Part shown: positions 25,466 to 32,857 of the stretch, in pieces
Position numbering within the stretch: the stretch's first letter is position 1
Layout: every line of letters starts with the position of its first letter
NCBI GenBank assembly: GCA_029856295.1
Contig: JAHQWS010000202.1
Coordinates: 1-32,857 of the forward strand
Length of the DNA stretch: 32,857 nt
Source of the DNA: Promethearchaeia archaeon
GTDB taxonomy: Archaea > Asgardarchaeota > Lokiarchaeia > Sigyniarchaeales > SOKP01
Direction: 5' to 3'
Made by a program: the position numbers and the translations under genes
Notes under the pieces: model-generated
Database searches by the model: none
The model's input: the letters and a program-made list of their open reading frames with translations, nothing else
What the model was told of the DNA's origin: nothing

Positions 25466-26971
25466 TCATAATTTTAAACGCTTGATATCAAGTATATGAC
25501 CATTCCATGGGAGTAAATCTATATATAGACCATATACACTAAGATGTCCACCAGTATAAGTATACGTTTTCTGTGCTAACAAATCATTGAAGTTCCACTC
25601 ATTATTCCCATACTCTATCGCATCGATTCTTATATGACCTTGAGAACGATAAGGACTATAATTAACCACAGTAAGTTGATATTGTTCATTTACCCGCCAT
25701 AAATACGCAATTAAATTTATATTTGAATGATTCTCATCGTTAATTTGATCAACTCTACAAAGCGACCATTTTGCGGCGTCAAATTCTCTTCCAGGTGCTG
25801 CTTTTAAAAGGTTTTCATAAAATGTTGTGATATTTGGATTTTTTTCTTCAATTAATCGCCTGCCTAATTGAACCGGCAATTTAGTTCTATATCCAACGAT
25901 TTGACCTTCATGAATAAGTCGCGCACCTGGTAATGTTAATGCTAAAATTGCTGCTGCTTTGGACTTATCTTCACCAAGTACCTCAATAGCTCTTTTTTCA
26001 TCATGATTTTCTATGAATCTCACCAATTTACTCTGGTAATCCCATTCTGCTTGGAGATGACCTTTTATTGATTGAGCATTATCATGAATCAACCTGTCAT
26101 ATAATCCTTTATCATAGCAATAATCAAATCCCTGTTGTTGTAATTCCCATTCCATGTCCCAATATACTTCGGCTAAAAATTTAAAATCTGGGAATTTGGT
26201 TCGAACAGATTTAATAACTTCGACCCAAAACTCTTTCTCTGGAAATGGCCCCGCTCTCTCACCCCAGGTTTGAAAAAATACTTTATTTGTCATAAGCATT
26301 GCCATATCACAGCGAACACCATCGCATTGCTTCGCAATTTCTAATAATGTAAATATTGCTTTTTCTCTAGCCTCAGAAGAAAACGCTTTTATTTGGATTG
26401 TATCACTCCACGAAGGGAAAAAAGGATCCTTTCCATTAGCATAAACTTGATCAACTACCGTAAAGAATTCATTAGGATGAGAGATTAAATCTTCTGCAGT
26501 TCCCTTTATGAAAACATCCGACTTTATTAAGGTCCACATGTGATCAACGGCAACATGATTAGGAACATAATCCAAAATTAAAAGCAAACCGCAATCCTTT
26601 AGTTTCTCACGAAAAGAAGCTAAACCCGTATTTCCACCAAGATAATTATCAACTCGATAATAATGAACCGAATAAGGAGATCCTACAACATCATCCTTAC
26701 TAAAATCTTTTAGAGCGTTGCGGTATTCCTCCTGCAAATCTGGATGTTCTATTGCGATATTTCTGCCTTGAGGGCTTCTTTCCCACACCCCCATAAGCCA
26801 AATTACGTCAAAATATTTAAATTCATTCTCTAAGACTTCGTCAGGTACATTATTTAGATTAATATTTAACTTATCTAAATTATATTTCTCTGATAAACTG
26901 TTGAGCCACGGCCACGTATTAATTTCAAGAATTTTAGGATGTTTAGGCCAATTTATTTCTCTAACCGACAT
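25466..26971 (-). CDS. GH13 alpha-amylase-family glycoside hydrolase, cytoplasmic (no signal peptide)
   Basis: All four GH13 conserved regions occur in order: LDYVPNHVAVDH (I), DGVRCDMAM (II, nucleophile Asp), FLAEVYWD (III, acid/base Glu) and FIENHDEKR (IV). Confidence 0.85.
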   Translation of the reverse strand: MSVREINWPKHPKILEINTWPWLNSLSEKYNLDKLNINLNNVPDEVLENEFKYFDVIWLMGVWERSPQGRNIAIEHPDLQEEYRNALKDFSKDDVVGSPYSVHYYRVDNYLGGNTGLASFREKLKDCGLLLILDYVPNHVAVDHMWTLIKSDVFIKGTAEDLISHPNEFFTVVDQVYANGKDPFFPSWSDTIQIKAFSSEAREKAIFTLLEIAKQCDGVRCDMAMLMTNKVFFQTWGERAGPFPEKEFWVEVIKSVRTKFPDFKFLAEVYWDMEWELQQQGFDYCYDKGLYDRLIHDNAQSIKGHLQAEWDYQSKLVRFIENHDEKRAIEVLGEDKSKAAAILALTLPGARLIHEGQIVGYRTKLPVQLGRRLIEEKNPNITTFYENLLKAAPGREFDAAKWSLCRVDQINDENHSNINLIAYLWRVNEQYQLTVVNYSPYRSQGHIRIDAIEYGNNEWNFNDLLAQKTYTYTGGHLSVYGLYIDLLPWNGHILDIKRLKL

Positions 26972-27023
26972 TTTGTTGATAAGCCTTTTTTAAATTTAGT
27001 TATTTGATTAATGAATATGAATG

Positions 27024-27314
27024 CTATTTTTTTAAAGTTAATAATCTGCTACCATGGATAATCATCTCAATTATAACTTTTTCATGAGAATATATATAGA
27101 TTATTCAATAATTTTGAAAAATCAATTCTCGATCATTCGGATCGTCTGATTCAGGAACTTTTCGACCCATTTGAGGAAATCCTTTTAAGTATTCTATCTT
27201 CTCAAGAATTCCATTTAAAAAAAATTCTGAATAACTGGGTGAATCTTGAGATATGTAATGTAGAATATTTTTAAGGTCCTTTTTGGCAGATTCAGACCAT
27301 TCTATTTCAACCAT
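27024..27314 (-). pseudogene. ParE/RelE-superfamily toxin gene interrupted by an in-frame TGA (27105-27107)
   Basis: The 69-aa ORF ends ...DRELIFQNY*. Continuing in the same frame gives IIYIYSHEKVIIEMIIHGSRLLTLKK* (stop at 27024-27026). The joined ~96-codon frame has the canonical ParE/RelE layout (W...A..DL..I..YI, FP..GR.VPE, RE.I...Y-R-IIY, V.I..I.HG.R), with the TGA sitting where the conserved Arg is expected. Confidence 0.75.
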
Positions 27315-27496
27315 TTTTCTGCCATTTTTTTGACTTGTTCATGAGAATACGTTCTACCTTGAGCGATATCTTCTTTAGCTTTTAGGAGCTTTTGTTTGAC
27401 ATAAAGATGATAAATTATATCATCTAAAGTTATATCATCAGGGAGTTCTTCAATGAGTGAAATAACTTCCTTTTTTAAAGAATTAGTTGTTGTCAT
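27302..27496 (-). CDS. Type II antitoxin (addiction-module component) paired with the ParE/RelE-like toxin
   Basis: 64 aa. LIEELPDD...IIYHLYVKQKLLKAKEDIAQGRTYSHEQVKK is the small antitoxin pattern often found upstream of RelE/ParE genes. Its stop overlaps the toxin start by 13 nt. Confidence 0.7.
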   Translation of the reverse strand: MTTTNSLKKEVISLIEELPDDITLDDIIYHLYVKQKLLKAKEDIAQGRTYSHEQVKKMAEKWLK

Positions 27497-27844
27497 GTTA
27501 AATCAATAATTAAATAGTAAATTAGATTTAAAAACTTATTTTAAATAAACATAAAATAATCATTAATCTCAGTTATGATCAAGTCTTCATAATTCAAACC
27601 TCTACAATATTTTCTCTAATAATTTATCTATATAATTCTGATGAAAATAGTTATCCAAAATGCTTTGATACTAATATTTTTGTAGGATTAAAAGCTTCAG
27701 TATCAGAAAATAACTAATATAAAGTTATTTTGTTTGAAAGTAAATACTTTTTTGTATTTTTATATAAACCTAATTTTATAGGTCTTATTTATCGAATTTA
27801 CTGATTTTCAATTTCAATTTGATAAGAAACACAAGTAATTAAGA

Positions 27845-28183
27845 TTATTTTTTATATTGAATAAATGATATGAATTCTCTCCCTTGAGCTTGAATTATAC
27901 ATCTTTTTTCTTTGGGAGATAGTTTAATAATAGCCTTATCAATCTCCTCTATCGGAATTCCTTCTTTCGGCAAAACTTCACGGAACCATTTAGAAATTGC
28001 CGTGTAATACCTCTCTACGTCGTCTCCTTCCATATCCGGAGTTAGCTTCCCCGTGATTAAATCAACTTCAATTTCAAATTCCGGGGTATAATGCTCAAAA
28101 GGATCGAGCATATATCCTATATCATCGCCGGATGATGTTCTGATTGCGTTATAAGCAACAGACTTTAATCTACTTAACTTCAT
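27845..28183 (-). CDS. Hypothetical protein, 112 aa, acidic, tightly coupled to the upstream MaoC gene
   Basis: ATG start only 2 nt after the MaoC stop codon (28186-28188). I recognise no motif. Confidence 0.5.
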   Translation of the reverse strand: MKLSRLKSVAYNAIRTSSGDDIGYMLDPFEHYTPEFEIEVDLITGKLTPDMEGDDVERYYTAISKWFREVLPKEGIPIEEIDKAIIKLSPKEKRCIIQAQGREFISFIQYKK

Positions 28184-28185
28184 AT

Positions 28186-28620
28186 TTAATCGCCCCCCTC
28201 AATTTGATAGGGGATACATGTTGCCTTGCCTTCACATACACTTTCACCGTTTTCATTATAACAAGTCATTGAGAAAGCTAAACGTTTCTGTTTTATATCG
28301 ACCTCATTAATTGTTGCGACGGCACGAACTGTATCCCCAAAAAATACAGGCTTTAAAAACTTAAATGAAATTGCCTCAGCAAGACAACCAGGCCCGGGAA
28401 AAAGATCGCCCCCGAAATGGCTAATCATCCCTCCTACGAGAAGCCCGTGAACAATAGGCTTTTTAAACCGAGTCTTTCTTATAAACTCCCCGTTATAATG
28501 GAACGGATTATGATCGCCTATTAAATCGGCCATAGTTTCCGTTTCTTCTTGGGTAAAAGTATGGGAGAATTCCGCTTGCATCCCTACTTCAAATTCATCA
28601 ATAGTTCGACCTATTTTCAT
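28186..28620 (-). CDS. MaoC-family dehydratase / (R)-specific enoyl-CoA hydratase (single hotdog domain)
   Basis: 144 aa. LIGDHNPFHYNGEF hydratase motif, IVHGLLVGG, and the overhang segment FKFLKPVFFGDTV. Confidence 0.8.
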   Translation of the reverse strand: MKIGRTIDEFEVGMQAEFSHTFTQEETETMADLIGDHNPFHYNGEFIRKTRFKKPIVHGLLVGGMISHFGGDLFPGPGCLAEAISFKFLKPVFFGDTVRAVATINEVDIKQKRLAFSMTCYNENGESVCEGKATCIPYQIEGGD

Positions 28621-28793
28621 GAATTAGAAATATTTAAAAAAGAAATTAAAGTTTGTTTTTTTAGAAATGACTATAAATTGACGAAAACCAAAATATAAAA
28701 GGAAGTTGTAGTATCTTTTATAAAATAAATAGATATATATTTTTAGAATATCATAATTATAATAAGAATTAAATTAAAAGAGAACATATTGTA

Positions 28794-29390
28794 ATGTCAG
28801 AATCAGAAAAAGAAGCATTAAGAAAGTTAGTTATGATTATTTCGGATTTGCGTGCAAAAGATGAGGAGAGATACGAAGCACATGTAAACTTTATGAATGA
28901 AACAATTAAGATGATAAGAGCAATCGAATCGCAAATGAATAAACATTGGGAAACAGTTTTAGATTCCTTAAAAGATTTAAATGAAAGCATTAATGCAAAT
29001 TTAGACTCGTTACTCACGGGGATTAATCCAAAAGGGTTAAGAGAAACTTCAAAATCATTAAGGGAAATTATGGATACAATGAATAAAAGCGTACAATCAA
29101 TGAATCTAGAGAAGGTATTAAGCGAATTAAAAGTTCTACAATCAGGCACCTATGCAGTCCCCATTGCGGGTCAATCATTTGCTCAACAACAGCCAGAACC
29201 GATAACAGCAGGAGCTGGTTTAACACCTCCTGGAGTGGCACCTCCTGGATTAAAAGCTCCTGGTGGAGCAACGGCCGCTCCGACATCGGCAGAAGGAACC
29301 AAATGGGTTGACCCAACTGAGGCAGCAAAAAAGAAGAAAGAAGAAGAAGAACCTCATTTGCTCAAACCTTCTGATTTATGGGGAAGTTAA
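28794..29390 (+). CDS. Hypothetical protein: N-terminal coiled-coil-like helical region, Pro/Gly/Ala-rich linker, K/E-rich C-terminal tail
   Basis: 198 aa with an ATG start. The helical heptad-like N-half (residues ~1-115) is followed by QQQPEPITAGAGLTPPGVAPPGLKAPGGATAAPTS, then KKKKEEEEPHLLKPSDLWGS. The antisense ORF 28769-29149 looks like junk by comparison. Confidence 0.6.
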   Translation: MSESEKEALRKLVMIISDLRAKDEERYEAHVNFMNETIKMIRAIESQMNKHWETVLDSLKDLNESINANLDSLLTGINPKGLRETSKSLREIMDTMNKSVQSMNLEKVLSELKVLQSGTYAVPIAGQSFAQQQPEPITAGAGLTPPGVAPPGLKAPGGATAAPTSAEGTKWVDPTEAAKKKKEEEEPHLLKPSDLWGS

Positions 29391-29422
29391 TTATATTTTT
29401 TTTCTTAAAAAATCTTCATCTC

Positions 29423-30772
29423 TTATTTGAACATTTCCATAAAAGAACTCAATTGAGTTCTAATTTGTTCGACATCTTCCCCAATTTTTTTAAAGTTAAT
29501 TACAATTGCAGGAATATCAAGCTCATTTCTAATCCTTTCTTGCAATGTAGAGTATATATTCGATAATGAATGACACCCAAATACCTGATTGAAAATAAAT
29601 CCATCAATATTCATTTTCTTAGCTGCTTTAAAATATGATTTAGTTAAATTTTCATTATCACATCCTATTCCTTTTCTGGAAGCACCCAAAAGAAATCGCG
29701 CATAATCTTCAATGGGATTCGAATTGTTTGACACAGGAATTTCTTCAAGAAATCCTAATATGTCCCAGTCTGCATATAAAACTCTGCCTCCTAACTCATA
29801 AATGATTTCATGAATATAGGGCTCCCACCCTCCATATATTGGCGTTAAAAGAATTCTAGGCATATCACTAACATCCATCCCAATTCCAGTTCTAATTCGT
29901 TCTCTCATCTCTTTTACCAATTGACTCATATTTTCTAAATATCTTTGAGCATTAGAATTATAATCTTGAAATGTGATTGTTAGCAATGCTAAAATTTCTG
30001 CGAATGTCGCGGGATTACAGGGATAAAAATTGGAGGCACTTATTTCATAAAGAATAGCCTTATAAAACCTTTTTACCTGGTTTCCTATACGAAATTGTTT
30101 TTTTAGACTATTGTCAGTAACAACATTACCAGTTATATTCTCTATTTCTGTTATCGCATTCTTAATATTGTCTACCATAATTTCTAAACTTTTTTTGTTG
30201 TTTGCTATATCTTTAGGAGGAAGATCAATCCACACCTGATTAGGAACTATTGTTTTTAATGATTCAGAAAATTTATTCCATTCACTGCAGCGTACTGCGA
30301 AATTAAGGTTTGCGTCTATATCTTTTCCCTTTGAAATATGCATCCCATAAAGCGCTTTTATACCAAAACATAAATCAGGAGGTACATCATTCTCTTCAGC
30401 TAAATCGTACATTTCATTGTATTTCCTATTGGTAGAGCTAATGACATCTTCTAGAATATGGTCAACAATCTTTAACACATCAAATCTTCTTGCAATATCT
30501 AATAATTTTGAGGTTAAATCCCAACCTAAAACAGAGGTTGCGGAATTTAAGGCTAACAAGGTTTTATTAACCTTGAAAGATTCCATTCTTATTGGAAGGA
30601 CGGGGATAGAATCGGCTGCAAATACAAGATCTGGAAAACCTAATGCGACAGAAATCAGATTTTTTCTCTCTCTAACCTTTTTCCTCTTTAAATATTCTCT
30701 CCCCGTTAAGAAATTATATGCAATCTTTAATACTGATGTAAAACTTACAACGTCATCTGCGTATATACTCAT
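29423..30772 (-). CDS. 2-hydroxyacyl-CoA dehydratase / benzoyl-CoA reductase B/C-family protein (HgdAB/HadBC/BcrBC superfamily), paralogue A
   Basis: 449 aa. The layout matches my memory of this family, and five Cys are conserved with paralogue B (LCFGIK, VRCSEW, YPCNPATFAEIL, GIGCDNE, VFGCHSLSN). TTGGAGAT lies upstream of the ATG. Confidence 0.7.
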   Translation of the reverse strand: MSIYADDVVSFTSVLKIAYNFLTGREYLKRKKVRERKNLISVALGFPDLVFAADSIPVLPIRMESFKVNKTLLALNSATSVLGWDLTSKLLDIARRFDVLKIVDHILEDVISSTNRKYNEMYDLAEENDVPPDLCFGIKALYGMHISKGKDIDANLNFAVRCSEWNKFSESLKTIVPNQVWIDLPPKDIANNKKSLEIMVDNIKNAITEIENITGNVVTDNSLKKQFRIGNQVKRFYKAILYEISASNFYPCNPATFAEILALLTITFQDYNSNAQRYLENMSQLVKEMRERIRTGIGMDVSDMPRILLTPIYGGWEPYIHEIIYELGGRVLYADWDILGFLEEIPVSNNSNPIEDYARFLLGASRKGIGCDNENLTKSYFKAAKKMNIDGFIFNQVFGCHSLSNIYSTLQERIRNELDIPAIVINFKKIGEDVEQIRTQLSSFMEMFK

Positions 30773-30915
30773 TTTCCAATTATCTCCAAAATCAGCTTTA
30801 TTTAAGTTAAAATTTTAGGTTTAACATTTAAAATGAATCATAAATTTATAAAAAAACTTTTGAGAGCTTTATAAGGATGTAAAACTTTCCTACATTTAAG
30901 AATCTGAAACTTCTA

Positions 30916-32268
30916 TTAGAACATTTCCATAAAAGCTCCTAACCGAGTCTTAACTTGTTCTATATTTTCACCAATCTTATTAAAAGTTAGAGCAGTTGTA
31001 GGAATTTCAAGTTCTCGACGAATTTTTTCTCTTAGCATCGCATAACAATTTGAAACCGAATGGCAACCAAACAATTGAATGAAAATTAAACCGTCAGCAT
31101 TCATTTGTTTAGCATTTCTCAAATATGAATTAGTCAACGTGTCATTATCACATCCAATTCCATTTGATGTCGCATTCATTAAATATTTAGCATATTCTTC
31201 AATGGGATTCGAATTTCTTGACACATCTATTTCCTCTAAAAGTAACAACATTTCCCAGTCAGCGTACAATGCCCTACCCCCTAATTTATAGATGATTTCA
31301 GTAATCTCTGGCTCATATCCTCCAAACATAGGAGTAACTAAGATTTTAGGCATTTTGGATACATCCATACCAATACCTTTCTTTATTCTATCTTTCATTT
31401 CACTTACTAAATGATTCATATTTTCGGCATATCTTTGTGCATTTGAGTTATAATCTTGGAACGTGTGGTTTAATAAGACTAAGATTTCTGCAAATGTAGC
31501 AGGGTTACACGGATAAAAATCCGACGTCCCTATTTCATATAAAATAGTTTTATACGATTTTTTTACTTGATTACCAATTTGAAAATGTTCTCTTAATCTA
31601 TTATCGCTACATGTGATTCCTGTTAAATTTTCTAATTGGGTTATCGCCCGTGAAATATTATCCATTAATATTTCCGAGGCATCTCCTATATCTCTTGGGG
31701 GTATATCGACCCATACCTGTTCTGGGGGATGTGCAATTGTTTTTAAAGATTCTAAGTATTTATTATAAGCACTACATCGGATTGTAAAATTCAATACAGC
31801 ATCGCAATTCTTTCCTTTTGAGACGTGCATACCATATAGAGATTTTATTCCATAACAAAAATCGCTAGAGATGCCACTTTCAATCCCTAGATCATACACT
31901 TCATTGTACTTTCTATTTATAGTATCGATCGCGTCATCAATGATTTTATCAACCGTTTTACTTAGTTCACTTATGCCTGAACTCTTAATAAATCCTAAAA
32001 AATCAGAGACTTTTTTCCATCCAAAAATACTCGAGGCTGAGCCTAAATAAACAAGATATTTATTAATTTCAAGGGTTTCCATTCGTATTGGGAATACTGG
32101 AATACCTCCTGTAGCAAATGCTAAATCTGAAAATGGTAAAGCTACAGAGATTAACTTTTTTTTCTCTCTAAACTTCTTCCTCTTTAAATAATCTCTACCA
32201 GCTAAGAAATTATATGCAATTTTTAAAACGGAAGAAAACCTAACAATATCATCGGCAAAAATACTCAT
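30916..32268 (-). CDS. 2-hydroxyacyl-CoA dehydratase / benzoyl-CoA reductase B/C-family protein, paralogue B
   Basis: 450 aa, collinear with paralogue A over its full length (MSI(Y/F)ADD(V/I)V, YPCNPATFAEIL, FQDYNSNAQRY, GIGCDN, FGCHS, FMEMF). The same TTGGAGAT motif lies upstream of the ATG. Confidence 0.7.
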   Translation of the reverse strand: MSIFADDIVRFSSVLKIAYNFLAGRDYLKRKKFREKKKLISVALPFSDLAFATGGIPVFPIRMETLEINKYLVYLGSASSIFGWKKVSDFLGFIKSSGISELSKTVDKIIDDAIDTINRKYNEVYDLGIESGISSDFCYGIKSLYGMHVSKGKNCDAVLNFTIRCSAYNKYLESLKTIAHPPEQVWVDIPPRDIGDASEILMDNISRAITQLENLTGITCSDNRLREHFQIGNQVKKSYKTILYEIGTSDFYPCNPATFAEILVLLNHTFQDYNSNAQRYAENMNHLVSEMKDRIKKGIGMDVSKMPKILVTPMFGGYEPEITEIIYKLGGRALYADWEMLLLLEEIDVSRNSNPIEEYAKYLMNATSNGIGCDNDTLTNSYLRNAKQMNADGLIFIQLFGCHSVSNCYAMLREKIRRELEIPTTALTFNKIGENIEQVKTRLGAFMEMF

Positions 32269-32495
32269 TTCTTATATCATCTCCAAAAATGTCTCTATTC
32301 TTGTGGAGGCAACTATCTGACTCTTTTAACTTCAAATTTTATATTAATTTTAAAAGTTATGAGTTTCAAGAGAATATGTAAGATATGTAAGAATTTCTTA
32401 AATAACTAGTTAAAAATTAAGTTCGAATTAATTCTACGATTAATTGGACAATTTTAAAAATCTTGAAAATGAAAATAAAATGATTTAGCTTTAAT

Positions 32496-32857
32496 TTAAT
32501 CTTGACGCTTGAGGTTTAAGCGTTTTTTGAATAGCATGGCTGATATAGCACCTACCAAACCAATCAGAATGAAGGTATTATATCCTGGAATTGCTTCCCT
32601 CTCGCCGGCATAATAACCATCATCATCACCGTCAACAGGTAAACCTGGTTCAGAGATTATCTCTTCTTTTAAAACATAGACGTCTGAATAACCGATATAA
32701 CCTCGAGTATCATTGCAATAGAATCGAATCGTAATATAACCATAGGAAAGACTACTCCATAGGGTCTGATTTATTGAACCAGTTATATTTTCATTAAAAA
32801 CTACGTTTAAATCTGTTAAGTTCATTATTTTTCCGGTTCCTAAGATTTCATACCAGA
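32496..32857 (-). CDS. C-terminal part of a probable secreted/surface glycoprotein with a C-terminal TM anchor; gene runs off the window end
   Basis: The frame stays open upstream of the ORF-track Met through to position 32857 (..WYEILGTGKIMNLTD..). Four N-x-S/T sequons fall within ~50 residues (NLT, NIT, NQT, NDT). An acidic linker (DGDDDGYY) is followed by IPGYNTFILIGLVGAISAMLFKKRLNLKRQD, i.e. a PG(Y) motif, a hydrophobic helix and a basic tail. Confidence 0.6.
   Translation of the reverse strand, partial: WYEILGTGKIMNLTDLNVVFNENITGSINQTLWSSLSYGYITIRFYCNDTRGYIGYSDVYVLKEEIISEPGLPVDGDDDGYYAGEREAIPGYNTFILIGLVGAISAMLFKKRLNLKRQD

Noticed and set aside
27105-27107. The in-frame TGA in the toxin gene read as selenocysteine or programmed readthrough.
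   Set aside because: The codon replaces a conserved Arg, not a Cys or redox position, and ParE/RelE toxins are not selenoproteins. I see no obvious stable stem-loop (SECIS-like) element in the AT-rich downstream sequence. A simple nonsense mutation is the more economical reading.
27640-27720. Possible C/D-box sRNA suggested by a TGATGA at about 27646 in the long spacer 27497-27844.
   Set aside because: No CTGA D or D' boxes occur at the required ~12-nt guide spacing, and there is no second C' box or terminal pairing.
28769-29149. 126-aa minus-strand ORF antisense to the 198-aa coiled-coil protein.
   Set aside because: Its composition (Phe/Ser/Ile/Cys-rich, no structure-like periodicity) looks like the antisense shadow of the plus-strand gene, which is longer and more protein-like. 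It has no upstream ribosome-binding motif.
2447-31291. The remaining ORF-track entries of 60-143 aa that overlap the large genes on the opposite strand or in other frames. Examples: 2447-2644, 2661-2843, 2773-2973, 4284-4493, 4569-4835, 5478-5810, 7259-7441, 8609-9034, 9547-9819, 10425-10637, 11107-11406, 12956-13192, 15352-15844, 22161-22592, 23054-23311, 25260-25442, 29068-29328, 29378-29566, 30417-30818, 31079-31291.
   Set aside because: All lie inside stronger, motif-bearing ORFs. Their translations are low-complexity or antisense-looking (Ser/Pro/Phe/Ile-rich) with no recognisable motifs. Several recur in each kinase copy only because the sense gene is duplicated.

Overview
AT-rich, gene-dense segment, mostly minus-strand. 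It reads as archaeal: an ST0452-type bifunctional GlmU, GGTGA/GAGAGG-type ribosome-binding motifs, and oligo-T tracts after stop codons. An Asgard/Lokiarchaeia-like origin is possible but is a low-confidence guess. I found no rRNA, tRNA, CRISPR array, transposase or integrase. Content from left to right: (1) Housekeeping and miscellaneous genes: purC 5' fragment, MazG-like pyrophosphohydrolase, TIGR04076-like protein, alpha/beta hydrolase and aldo/keto reductase. (2) A 12.4-kb co-directional minus-strand cluster (3467-15884). It holds a four-copy tandem array of FGGY kinase genes (period about 1.63 kb), a duplicated AGPS-like (HHH-loop) FAD flavoprotein unit with one intact CCG-type Fe-S partner and one 22-codon relic of that partner, and a 495-aa orphan at the head. 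(3) A hexosamine / UDP-GlcNAc cluster: glmM, nagB, glmS, archaeal glmU, an unassigned left-handed beta-helix protein and a stand-alone 7-TM protein. (4) A split MaoC hydratase pair and a cytoplasmic GH13 glycosidase. (5) A ParE/RelE-type toxin-antitoxin pair whose toxin carries an in-frame TGA at a conserved Arg codon. (6) A MaoC gene tightly coupled to a small orphan, a coiled-coil/Pro-Gly-rich orphan, and two paralogous 2-hydroxyacyl-CoA dehydratase-family genes with no activator in view. (7) The 3' end of a probable surface glycoprotein with a PGF-CTERM-like tail. The best candidate for an uncharacterised system is the kinase array plus the AGPS-like flavoprotein and CCG Fe-S module. Its duplication and deletion history can be read directly from relics in the sequence. 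All functional calls come from motif recognition by eye; no database search was run.
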